64,000 nt of DNA, from NCBI GenBank assembly GCA_903928565.1, contig CAIYRH010000007.1, positions 14,139-78,138 on the forward strand. The letters are read 5' to 3'. Within the stretch, counting starts at the first letter, position 1; every line of letters starts with the position of its first letter. A model generated the notes under the pieces. The model saw only the letters and a list, made by a program, of their open reading frames with translations. It was not told the origin of the DNA and made no database searches. A program made the translations under genes and the position numbers. The DNA comes from Candidatus Staskawiczbacteria bacterium. GTDB lineage: Bacteria > Patescibacteriota > Minisyncoccia > Minisyncoccales > Staskawiczbacteraceae. Shown here piece after piece: positions 43,440 to 50,487 of this stretch.

Positions 43440-44318
43440 TTATTTGCAATCTTGAGGACAATTGCATTTATTTTCCATGCTGGCACACTTTCCATCACCG
43501 CATTTGATACACGTACCAATATCGCCAGGAGGCGGAGTTTTGTTTATGGAACAATCGTTATTATATTCATGACCTGTTATTGCTTTTAGGCCGGTACAGC
43601 ATTGCGCGGGGAATCCCGCGCCTGAAGGGCGCATTTTTTCACTTTCTTTGGCGCATACAACGGGCGTTGTAAATTTAAAAGTGGAAATAATTTGGTTGGC
43701 AACTTTGGCGGCATTTACGTTATTATTATCAAAGCCATAGCCAACGCTTAATTCTTCCCCATTATTTAATTCAAAAATTATTCTCACGGAATTTAGTTTT
43801 GTCGGACTACCTATTTCATGTTCGCCCAAAATAGTTGTTTTTATCCCTTTTACGCCGTTAATAACAACGTTTTCTTTTTTTATGAAATCGGAACTTGATG
43901 ACCTTTCTTTTGATATCGGCGGAACTTTCCAAAACATCCAAGATATTAAAGTATAATCTGGCGGAGCATACATTCCATCTTTTTCTAAATAATTTGAGAT
44001 TGAGGTATCGCCACCGATATAGTCTTTGTTGGGCCCACGAGGTGTAAGGTCAAGATTAGAATATTGTGTGTTTATATACCAATTTGTAGGATATTTTATA
44101 GAATATCCATATTTAGTATTTGTGTATGTTTTCCAGTCAGTAGTTGCGTCGGTGGGTTTTTGAGTTTGTTGTTGTGTCGTTGATGGTCTTGAGAACCACG
44201 TTATAATATTCCAATTCCAACTGAATGGGTTCCACCACGCGGCCAAGGCAACCGAAGGTATAACTAAAACAGCAACCAACAATAAGAGAATATAATATTT
44301 TGTTGATTGCTGTTTCAT
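43440..44318 (-). CDS. Secreted protein, WWNPFSWNWN-motif family (paralog B) with a Cys-rich C-terminus
   Basis: The leader and motif are nearly identical to paralog A at the DNA level (44203-44275 versus 43296-43370). C-terminal CIKCGDGKCASMENKCNCPQDCK. Confidence 0.55.
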   Translation of the reverse strand: MKQQSTKYYILLLLVAVLVIPSVALAAWWNPFSWNWNIITWFSRPSTTQQQTQKPTDATTDWKTYTNTKYGYSIKYPTNWYINTQYSNLDLTPRGPNKDYIGGDTSISNYLEKDGMYAPPDYTLISWMFWKVPPISKERSSSSDFIKKENVVINGVKGIKTTILGEHEIGSPTKLNSVRIIFELNNGEELSVGYGFDNNNVNAAKVANQIISTFKFTTPVVCAKESEKMRPSGAGFPAQCCTGLKAITGHEYNNDCSINKTPPPGDIGTCIKCGDGKCASMENKCNCPQDCK

Positions 44319-44338
44319 ATTTTTACTTTTTAATTTGT

Positions 44339-46486
44339 TTAATGCTTTTCGTTTTTCGGAGTGGGTTTGAAGCCTGCATCAATTGCCGATAAGTTTATTC
44401 TGCCCAGCTCGTCAACCGCCATTACTTTTACTGGAATTATTTGCCCCTCTTTTACAACTTCGCTGACACTATTTATTCTTTCTTTTACAAACTTTGAAAT
44501 ATGCACCATGCCGTCTGTGCCGGGGAATAATTCCACAAATGCTCCAAAGTCCATAATTTTTACAACTTTTCCTTGGAATGTTTCGCCAACTTCAACGTCT
44601 CTAACAATTCCTTTAATCCAAGCTACGGCTTTATCAACATCTTCTTGGTTTTGGCCAGTAACAGAAACAAATCCAGAATCTTCAATGTCTATTGCCACTC
44701 CCCCACAAGCCTCAATTATTTTATTTATTACGCTTCCTTTTGGTCCAACTACTTCTCCAATTTTTGCAGGATTAATTTTAAGTGTAGAAATTTTAGGAGC
44801 GTATGGTGATAATTGTTTTCTTGGTTCTGAAATCTCTTTCTTTATTATATCAAGTATTTTAAATCTTGCATCTTTTGCACGCGTTAAAGCCTCTTCCATA
44901 ATGTTTTTATCAATGCCATCTATTTTAATATCCATTTGAATTGCGGTAATTCCGTTGCGAGTGCCTGCAACTTTAAAGTCCATGTCGCCATAGTGATCTT
45001 CTGGGCCCTGAATGTCGGTAAGCACTTTATATTTTCCGGTTTCTTCGTCTTTGGCTAAACCAACAGAAATTCCAGCCACCGGTTCTTTAATTGGCACGCC
45101 CGCATCCATTAAGGCAATGCAAGCTGCGCAAGTTGAAGCTTGCGAAGTAGAACCATTTGAAGAAACAACTTCAGAAACAATTCTTATTGTGTAAGGGAAT
45201 TGTTCTACGTCTGGCAAAATTGGCAATAAGGCTTTTTCAACCAAGGCGCCATGCCCAATTTCTCTTCTTTTTGGCCCACGCATTGGGGCTGTTTCACCCG
45301 AAGAAAATGGAGGAAAATTATAGTGGTGCATAAACCTTTTCTTTCCAACAATTTCCATTCCTTCTAAAATTTGCTGGTCGCCAGGGCCACCCAAAGTTAA
45401 AATAGAAAGCACTCTTGTAAGCCCTCTAAAAAACACTGCGCTTCCGTGGGCCCTAGGCAAAACAGCAACTTCACAAGACAGCGCCCTAATATCAACAGAC
45501 TTTCTTCCATCTGGGCGGTAGTCTTTTTCAATAATATTCTTTATAATTATTCTTTCAATTTCTTTCTCAAAGAAAGATAATACTTGTTTTTCTTTTCCTT
45601 CGCCAGGGTGTTTTTCTGCCAAATATTTAATTAATTCGGCTTTTAAAATTTCGGTTGCCCCAAGATTTTTTTCTCCTTTTGGCGCATTATTAATTGCCTT
45701 TTCTAATTTGTCACCCAGCCAATCTTTAATTTCATTTGCAATGTCTAATTCAACTGCTGGTTCAAAAACATCTTTTTCTTTCCCAATTTTTTTAACAGCT
45801 GTAACCTGAGCTTCAATAATTTTTTTCAATTCTTTTTTGGCAACCTCGTAGGCTTCTAAAACGTCTTTTTCTGAAACTTCTTTGGCTCCCATTTCTATCA
45901 TATTAACCAAAATGTCGCCGTCTTTTTCAATGGCAGACAAAGTTAAATCCATACTGCAATCTTTTCTTTGTTCATAATTGGAATTAAAAATCCATTCAGA
46001 ACCGGCAGCAGGGTTTTTGGTAACTCTTATTGCTCCCAATGGGCCATTCCAAGGAATTTGCGAAGTGGCCAATGCAAATGAAGCACCAATCATTCCTAAA
46101 ATGTCTGGGTCATTTTCGCCGTCCCAAGACAAGCAAGTAACAATAACCTGAACTTCTTTCATGAAATCTTTTGGGAATAACGGCCTTATTGCCCTATCAA
46201 TCATTCTGGCGGTTAAAATTGCTTCTTCGCTTGGCCTGCTCTCTCTTTTCATAAAGCGTGAACCATAAATTTTACCGGCTGCGTAAAACCTTTCTTCGTA
46301 CTCAACCGTTAGCGGAAAATAATCCATGCCTTCTCTTGTGTGTGGCGACAAAACTGCGGTTACCAAAACTTTTGTTTCTCCGCACGAAACCAAACAACTG
46401 CCCGAGGCTTGCTCGGTCCAATTTGTAGTTTCAATTATGACTGGCTTTTCGCCAACCTTTATCTCAAACGTATCTTTTACTGCCAT
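44339..46486 (-). CDS. pnp: Polyribonucleotide nucleotidyltransferase (PNPase)
   Basis: 715 aa. Two RNase PH domains, then KH (VGPKGSVINKI) and S1 (GETFQGKVVKIMDFGAFVEL) domains. Confidence 0.95.
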   Translation of the reverse strand: MAVKDTFEIKVGEKPVIIETTNWTEQASGSCLVSCGETKVLVTAVLSPHTREGMDYFPLTVEYEERFYAAGKIYGSRFMKRESRPSEEAILTARMIDRAIRPLFPKDFMKEVQVIVTCLSWDGENDPDILGMIGASFALATSQIPWNGPLGAIRVTKNPAAGSEWIFNSNYEQRKDCSMDLTLSAIEKDGDILVNMIEMGAKEVSEKDVLEAYEVAKKELKKIIEAQVTAVKKIGKEKDVFEPAVELDIANEIKDWLGDKLEKAINNAPKGEKNLGATEILKAELIKYLAEKHPGEGKEKQVLSFFEKEIERIIIKNIIEKDYRPDGRKSVDIRALSCEVAVLPRAHGSAVFFRGLTRVLSILTLGGPGDQQILEGMEIVGKKRFMHHYNFPPFSSGETAPMRGPKRREIGHGALVEKALLPILPDVEQFPYTIRIVSEVVSSNGSTSQASTCAACIALMDAGVPIKEPVAGISVGLAKDEETGKYKVLTDIQGPEDHYGDMDFKVAGTRNGITAIQMDIKIDGIDKNIMEEALTRAKDARFKILDIIKKEISEPRKQLSPYAPKISTLKINPAKIGEVVGPKGSVINKIIEACGGVAIDIEDSGFVSVTGQNQEDVDKAVAWIKGIVRDVEVGETFQGKVVKIMDFGAFVELFPGTDGMVHISKFVKERINSVSEVVKEGQIIPVKVMAVDELGRINLSAIDAGFKPTPKNEKH

Positions 46487-46598
46487 TTATTTTTGCAGTG
46501 GAAGATGAGTTGTACGAATATGTGAAAAAGTTGAATCTCAACGCTTTCATATAGCCGCACACTTCTTCCTTCCCCCTGCGATTATCTATTATTTTTCA

Positions 46599-47105
46599 TT
46601 ATTTTTTTAGTAAGAATTTTTCAACGCCGGTATCTAAATCAATAAACTCGTCAGCGGCTTCTTTTAATTTGCCAGAAGTTGACCTACCAAAGGCAGCCAC
46701 CTCCACTCTTTTGCCCATATTTTTTAAATATTCCACTAGCGCAATAAAGTCGCCATCGCCAGAAACCAACACAACAACATCAATGCCGGGAGCCGTGCGA
46801 ATAGCATCAATTACAATTCCTACATCCCAGTCGGCTTTTTTGGCTCCGCCGTAAAATTCTTGTAAATCTTTTACTCTTGTTTCAATGCCAATTTTACTCA
46901 AAGCATCAAAAAATGGCGTTTCTTCGCCAGTTTTTGTGCGCACAACGTACCCAAAAGCTCTAATAAACTTTCTGCCTGCTACTGCTTGTTTTAAAACTTC
47001 CTGAAAATTAACTTTTGAGTGGTAGAGATTTTTTGCCGAATAGTATAAGTTTTGTACATCTATTAGCACCTCTACTCTCTGTTCTTTTGGTTTTGGTTGC
47101 ATCAC
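46599..47105 (-). CDS. NYN-domain (LabA/DUF88-like) predicted RNase
   Basis: VLIDVQNLYYSAKNL...VVLVSGDGDFIALVEYLKNMGKRVEV. Confidence 0.7.
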   Translation of the reverse strand: MMQPKPKEQRVEVLIDVQNLYYSAKNLYHSKVNFQEVLKQAVAGRKFIRAFGYVVRTKTGEETPFFDALSKIGIETRVKDLQEFYGGAKKADWDVGIVIDAIRTAPGIDVVVLVSGDGDFIALVEYLKNMGKRVEVAAFGRSTSGKLKEAADEFIDLDTGVEKFLLKK

Positions 47106-47119
47106 CTTCTATATATATG

Positions 47120-47389
47120 TTATTTCTTGAGTCCTATTTTCTTTATAATTACTGCGTATCTTTTTTCCGATGTCTTTTTTAAATAGGCTAACAATTTTTT
47201 TCTTTTTATGACCATTGTTATTAAACCTTTTTTAGAGTGGATGTCTTGAGGATGCTTTTTCAAATGCAAAACAAGCTTGTCTATTGCTTTTGACAATAAG
47301 CCAATCTGAACTTCCGAAGACCCTGTGTCTTTTTCATTTATCCCAACTTCTTTTACGATTTTTGTTTTTTCTTTGGTGTTTAATGCCAT
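47120..47389 (-). CDS. rpsO: 30S ribosomal protein S15
   Basis: 89 aa. GSSEVQIGLLSKAIDKLVLHLKKHPQDIHSKKGL. Confidence 0.9.
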   Translation of the reverse strand: MALNTKEKTKIVKEVGINEKDTGSSEVQIGLLSKAIDKLVLHLKKHPQDIHSKKGLITMVIKRKKLLAYLKKTSEKRYAVIIKKIGLKK

Positions 47390-47412
47390 TTTATAGTGTA
47401 AAAGCGCTTCCG

Positions 47413-47432
47413 CCTGCCTGCCGGCAGGCAGG
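47413..47432. repeat. 20-bp perfect GC palindrome CCTGCCTGCCGGCAGGCAGG (copy in the rpsO leader)
   Basis: Identical 20-mer also at 47818-47837. Lies 24 nt upstream of the rpsO start. Confidence 0.8.
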
Positions 47433-47486
47433 GCGCCTTAGTTAATTTATATAGATAGTATAAGCTATTTTCTCGGTTTTGTAAAG

Positions 47487-47557
47487 TGCCCCTACTCAGA
47501 ATCGGACTGAGATTGACTGCTTAAGAGGCAGCTACTTTACCATTAAGTTATAGGGGC
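47487..47557 (-). tRNA. tRNA-Lys (anticodon CTT)
   Basis: Manual cloverleaf: GCCCCTA-TA-ACTT-AATGGTA-AAGT-A-GCTGC-CTCTTAA-GCAGT-CAAT-CTCAG-TCCGATT-CTGAG-TAGGGGC-A. No encoded CCA. Confidence 0.85.
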
Positions 47558-47790
47558 ATGATATTATGCAAAAACTCTTTGCCGAAGCCACTTTTAAAAT
47601 ACTTCTCTCTTTTTCTGGCTTCTGCTCTGTTTTTACAAGCTTCTTTATATATTATTTTAAATGGTCTTCTGTATTTTGTGGATTTTGTCATTCCAGAGTT
47701 ATGCCCGATTAATCTTTTTTCGGGATTTTCAGAAATGCCTATATACAGATGTTTATCTTTTATGCTTTGTAGGGCGTAAGTATACCACAT
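47548..47790 (-). CDS. GIY-YIG nuclease superfamily protein (small stand-alone YhbQ/UPF0213-like)
   Basis: MWYTYALQSIKDKHLYIGISENPEKRLIGHNSGMTKSTKYRRPFKIIYKEACKNRAEARKREKYFK (GIY...YIG, R, E, N motifs). Its last 10 nt overlap the tRNA-Lys(CTT) 5' end. The track ORF extends upstream through tRNA-like sequence and was trimmed. Confidence 0.75.
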   Translation of the reverse strand: MWYTYALQSIKDKHLYIGISENPEKRLIGHNSGMTKSTKYRRPFKIIYKEACKNRAEARKREKYFKSGFGKEFLHNIMPL

Positions 47791-47800
47791 AAATCTCAAA

Positions 47801-47858
47801 TTAAAATAGAACTGCTCCCTGCCTGCCGGCAGGCAGGTACCAATTGAGCTACGGGGGC
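47801..47858 (-). pseudogene. Truncated tRNA (5' half of a tRNA-Lys(TTT)-like gene) with a 20-bp palindrome inserted in the D-loop
   Basis: GCCCCCG-TA-GCTC-AATTGGTA-[CCTGCCTGCCGGCAGGCAGG]-GAGC-A-GTTCT-ATTTTAA, then no complementary AGAAC, T-arm or 3' acceptor. The sequence runs directly into the GIY-YIG start 10 nt later. Confidence 0.55.
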
Positions 47859-47870
47859 ATAAAATTGGGG

Positions 47871-48236
47871 CTATAAATAATTGCCTGTCCACCCAACCGC
47901 ACCCAGGGCAAAGTTTACGATTGCTTTTGTGGCAAAAGCTAACACAAGTCCAATAACTGCCGCATAAAAAACTTTTTTACCAATGCCCATTCTCCCAGGG
48001 TCTCCCGCAGAAGTCATCATTAAGACGCCTCCTATAATAATGGCTACTACAGCCAAGGGTGCCGCTATTTTGGTAACAAGAAAGTCGTAAATATTATTTG
48101 CCGTTGTGAAAACGTCGTTTAGTGCACAGTTGTCCGTGCAGGAAACTAACCCATTATTTTGTGCTTTTGCCAAAACCGGAACAAAAATTATTGATAATAA
48201 GCACAACGTAAGAATTGCGAATAATATTTTTTTCAT
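47871..48236 (-). CDS. Stand-alone T4SS pilin (VirB2/TrbC-like, T4SS_pilin family)
   Basis: 121 aa. Signal peptide, then KIAAPLAVVAIIIGGVLMMTSAGDPGRMGIGKKVFYAAVIGLVLAFATKAIVNF (two helices with a short polar loop). Confidence 0.7.
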   Translation of the reverse strand: MKKILFAILTLCLLSIIFVPVLAKAQNNGLVSCTDNCALNDVFTTANNIYDFLVTKIAAPLAVVAIIIGGVLMMTSAGDPGRMGIGKKVFYAAVIGLVLAFATKAIVNFALGAVGWTGNYL

Positions 48237-48262
48237 GTTTTAAAGTGCCCTCGCCAGGACTC

Positions 48263-48302
48263 GCCCAGTCATTCGACTGGGCGTCGGGTTGTATAACCCG
48301 AC
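48263..48302 (-). repeat. Two abutting perfect 8-bp-stem/4-nt-loop GC-rich hairpins in the pilin leader
   Basis: gcccagtc-attc-gactgggc (48263-48282) immediately followed by gtcgggtt-gtat-aacccgac (48283-48302). Located between tRNA-Arg and the pilin start. Confidence 0.7.
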
Positions 48303-48329
48303 GAACCCCTGTTGTTGTGGAAACGTTTG

Positions 48330-48401
48330 TGCCCCTAGGAAGATTCGAACTCCCAACGTTTGGTTCGAAGCCAAATATGATATCCATTTCACCATAGGGG
48401 C
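48330..48401 (-). tRNA. tRNA-Arg (anticodon TCG)
   Basis: Manual cloverleaf: GCCCCTA-TG-GTGA-AATGGATA-TCAT-A-TTTGG-CTTCGAA-CCAAA-CGTT-GGGAG-TTCGAAT-CTTCC-TAGGGGC-A. Confidence 0.85.
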
Positions 48402-48470
48402 AGACATTTTCACCACGAGGGCAAAATTAGCTTATTATTATTTTAACCTAAAAGGGCCCAAAAAACAATT

Positions 48471-49088
48471 CTACAAAATGTTTTTAAGCTCGGCTATGCT
48501 TTTGTGTATTTTTTCTGAATGTTCGGCATCTTTTGAATATGGTCCTTTCACTAAAAAAATTTTAGCATTTTCCCCAATTGCCTTTTGCATTGCCAAAGAT
48601 TGGTCAGCTCTGTCATTTATAATAAGAACCTCTTCATTTGAGTTGGCCAACTCTTTTAGAAAATCATTTTGCGTTTTGTCTTTTTCTTCGCAAATAATTT
48701 TTTCAAAGTATTTTTTTATGCACGAGCTGTCAATTTTTGGTTGTTGCATTTGGGGGTCGCCAAATGTCATTAACACCATTTTGTATCCCCTACCCTTTAA
48801 ATAGGCCAAGGTGTCTTCTGCCCCTGGGAATAAATAGTTGTCTGTATTTTTTACTAATTTTTCAAATTCTTCTTTTATTTTATTTTCCTCTTCGTTATTT
48901 TTTATGTGACCGGAATCTTTTAAAAATTTTATGTGTTTAAACGGGTTGTAACCAACTCCATGTTTTTTAAAAAGCTCTTGGCCGTGAGCTTCGTTTTCTT
49001 CAAAAGTCAATTTAAAAACTTTGCTTTTGTCAGCTTTAAATCTTTCAATGTCTAACAGCGTGTGGTCTAAATCAAAAAGTAAAATCAT
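48471..49088 (-). CDS. HAD-superfamily hydrolase
   Basis: Motif I MILLFDLDHTLLD. Later LMTFGD and IINDRADQ motifs. 205 aa. Confidence 0.75.
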   Translation of the reverse strand: MILLFDLDHTLLDIERFKADKSKVFKLTFEENEAHGQELFKKHGVGYNPFKHIKFLKDSGHIKNNEEENKIKEEFEKLVKNTDNYLFPGAEDTLAYLKGRGYKMVLMTFGDPQMQQPKIDSSCIKKYFEKIICEEKDKTQNDFLKELANSNEEVLIINDRADQSLAMQKAIGENAKIFLVKGPYSKDAEHSEKIHKSIAELKNIL

Positions 49089-49091
49089 TAG

Positions 49092-50084
49092 TTATATATT
49101 ATAAATTATTTTCGCCAGTTTATCTGAGTCGTGCCGAATTACAGATCTTTCGGCAGCCAGTACGTCGTTTTTATCAATTTTCGGAGTTTTGTGGCTCAAC
49201 AGTTTTTTGCCAATAAAATTAATACCGTTAATTTTTTTATAATCCCCCGGTACAACCAGCCCTTCCCCATGTTGAGTATATTTTTTTAATAATTTAGCCT
49301 CGGGGACTTCAGTATTAAAAATAACATATTTAATAATTCCTTTTCCTAAATATTTTTCAACACTATTTATGTATTCGCCTAAACTAAAGTTGTCGGTTTG
49401 GCCGGGCTTTGTCATTAAATTAACAACAAATATAACTTTTGCCTTTGATTTGGCTATTTCTTCGCGCAATCCCCTAACTAAAAAGTTTGGAATTAAGCTT
49501 GAATAAAGGTCGCCGGGGTTTATTACAATTTTATCTGCTTTTTTTATTGCTGGAATTATTTTGGGGTTAAGTTGCGCGGCTGGTTTTAAATATAATTTTT
49601 TTAAATTACAAAAGTCGCCCTTATTGCAATAAATATTTTTTTCTCCAAAAACTTCTTTGCCATTATTTAATACCGCAACTAGTCTGGTGCTTTTTAAGGT
49701 AACGGGTAAAACATAACCTTTTATTCTTAAGATTCTGCTGGCTTCTATTAAAGCTGTATCAAACCCGCCGGTAATTTTTTCTAATGTAGATATAAAAATA
49801 TTTCCAAAACTGTGCCCGTTAAGCCCACCGGCTCCATATCTGTAATTAAATAGGTCCCGTAAAGTTTTGCTGGAATATGACAAGGCTACTAAGCATTGCC
49901 TAACGTCGCCGGGAGGTAAAACGCCCATTTCGTCGCGCAACATTCCAGTAGAACCGCCGTCGTCGGTCATGGTAACCACCGCCGACAAATCAACAGGATA
50001 TTTTTTTAACCCGGTTAAAACCATAAAGCTTCCCGAGCCTCCGCCAATGGTTACAATTTTTTGTTTTCTCTTACTCGTTTTCAT
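49092..50084 (-). CDS. YvcK/CofD-family protein (gluconeogenesis factor / UPF0052)
   Basis: IVTIGGGSGSFMVLTGLK, VVTMTDDGGSTGMLRDEMGVLPPGDVRQCLVAL. Confidence 0.8.
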   Translation of the reverse strand: MKTSKRKQKIVTIGGGSGSFMVLTGLKKYPVDLSAVVTMTDDGGSTGMLRDEMGVLPPGDVRQCLVALSYSSKTLRDLFNYRYGAGGLNGHSFGNIFISTLEKITGGFDTALIEASRILRIKGYVLPVTLKSTRLVAVLNNGKEVFGEKNIYCNKGDFCNLKKLYLKPAAQLNPKIIPAIKKADKIVINPGDLYSSLIPNFLVRGLREEIAKSKAKVIFVVNLMTKPGQTDNFSLGEYINSVEKYLGKGIIKYVIFNTEVPEAKLLKKYTQHGEGLVVPGDYKKINGINFIGKKLLSHKTPKIDKNDVLAAERSVIRHDSDKLAKIIYNI

Positions 50085-50418
50085 TTAGGTACATTTTAAA
50101 TTCTATGCCAAAATTTTTAAAACCGGCTTTTTCATATATTTTATGCACAATTTGTCTTTCGTGCCTGCTAGTGGCTACAAGTTTATAACATTTTTGATTT
50201 TTTGCTTCTGCAATAACCATATTTAAAAGTTCTGTGCCAATTCCTTGTCCACGCAAGCTTTCGTCAACAAACAAATCTTCTAAAAGTCCAAAAGGTTCTT
50301 TGTGCAAATCGTTGTTCATTATATATAAAAAAGCACGGGCAACTTCTCTCCCCTCTTCTTCAATAAAAAATTTAATTCCCTCTGCTTTTATAGCTTTCTT
50401 ATTTATTTCTAAATTCAT
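50071..50418 (-). CDS. GNAT-family N-acetyltransferase
   Basis: From the internal Met: MNLEINKK...LFVDESLRGQGIGTELLNMVIAEAKNQKCYKL (acetyl-CoA motif Q/RxxGxG). The upstream part of the track ORF is antisense to cca and was trimmed. Confidence 0.7.
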   Translation of the reverse strand: MNLEINKKAIKAEGIKFFIEEEGREVARAFLYIMNNDLHKEPFGLLEDLFVDESLRGQGIGTELLNMVIAEAKNQKCYKLVATSRHERQIVHKIYEKAGFKNFGIEFKMYLNENE

Positions 50419-50487
50419 GTTTATTAGGCATATTTTACATAAAAAATTGAAAAAAAGCAACATTTGGGCTAAGATATATAAACTATT

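Noticed and set aside
47558-47800. Group I (or BHB-type) intron in the truncated tRNA
   Set aside because: The segment after the anticodon loop is almost entirely the 80-aa GIY-YIG ORF, leaving no room for a ribozyme core. No matching 3' exon (AGAAC..., T-arm, CGGGGGC) is visible before the next complete tRNA or in the following 100 nt.
47791-47892. N-terminal 34 codons of the 114-aa track ORF (MDRQLFIAPILCPRSSIGTCLPAGREQFYFNLRF)
   Set aside because: This stretch is a translation of the tRNA-like fragment and the 20-bp palindrome. The GIY-YIG domain starts at the internal Met (MWYTYAL...).
48237-48329. An additional tRNA between tRNA-Arg and the pilin gene
   Set aside because: The ends look acceptor-like (…GCGAGGGCA), but no complementary 5' acceptor, anticodon arm or T-loop can be drawn. 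The region resolves into two simple perfect hairpins.
48289-48804. 171-aa plus-strand ORF
   Set aside because: It overlaps tRNA-Arg and is antisense to the HAD hydrolase gene, which has clear DxDxT-type motifs. The sequence is hydrophobic and low-complexity.
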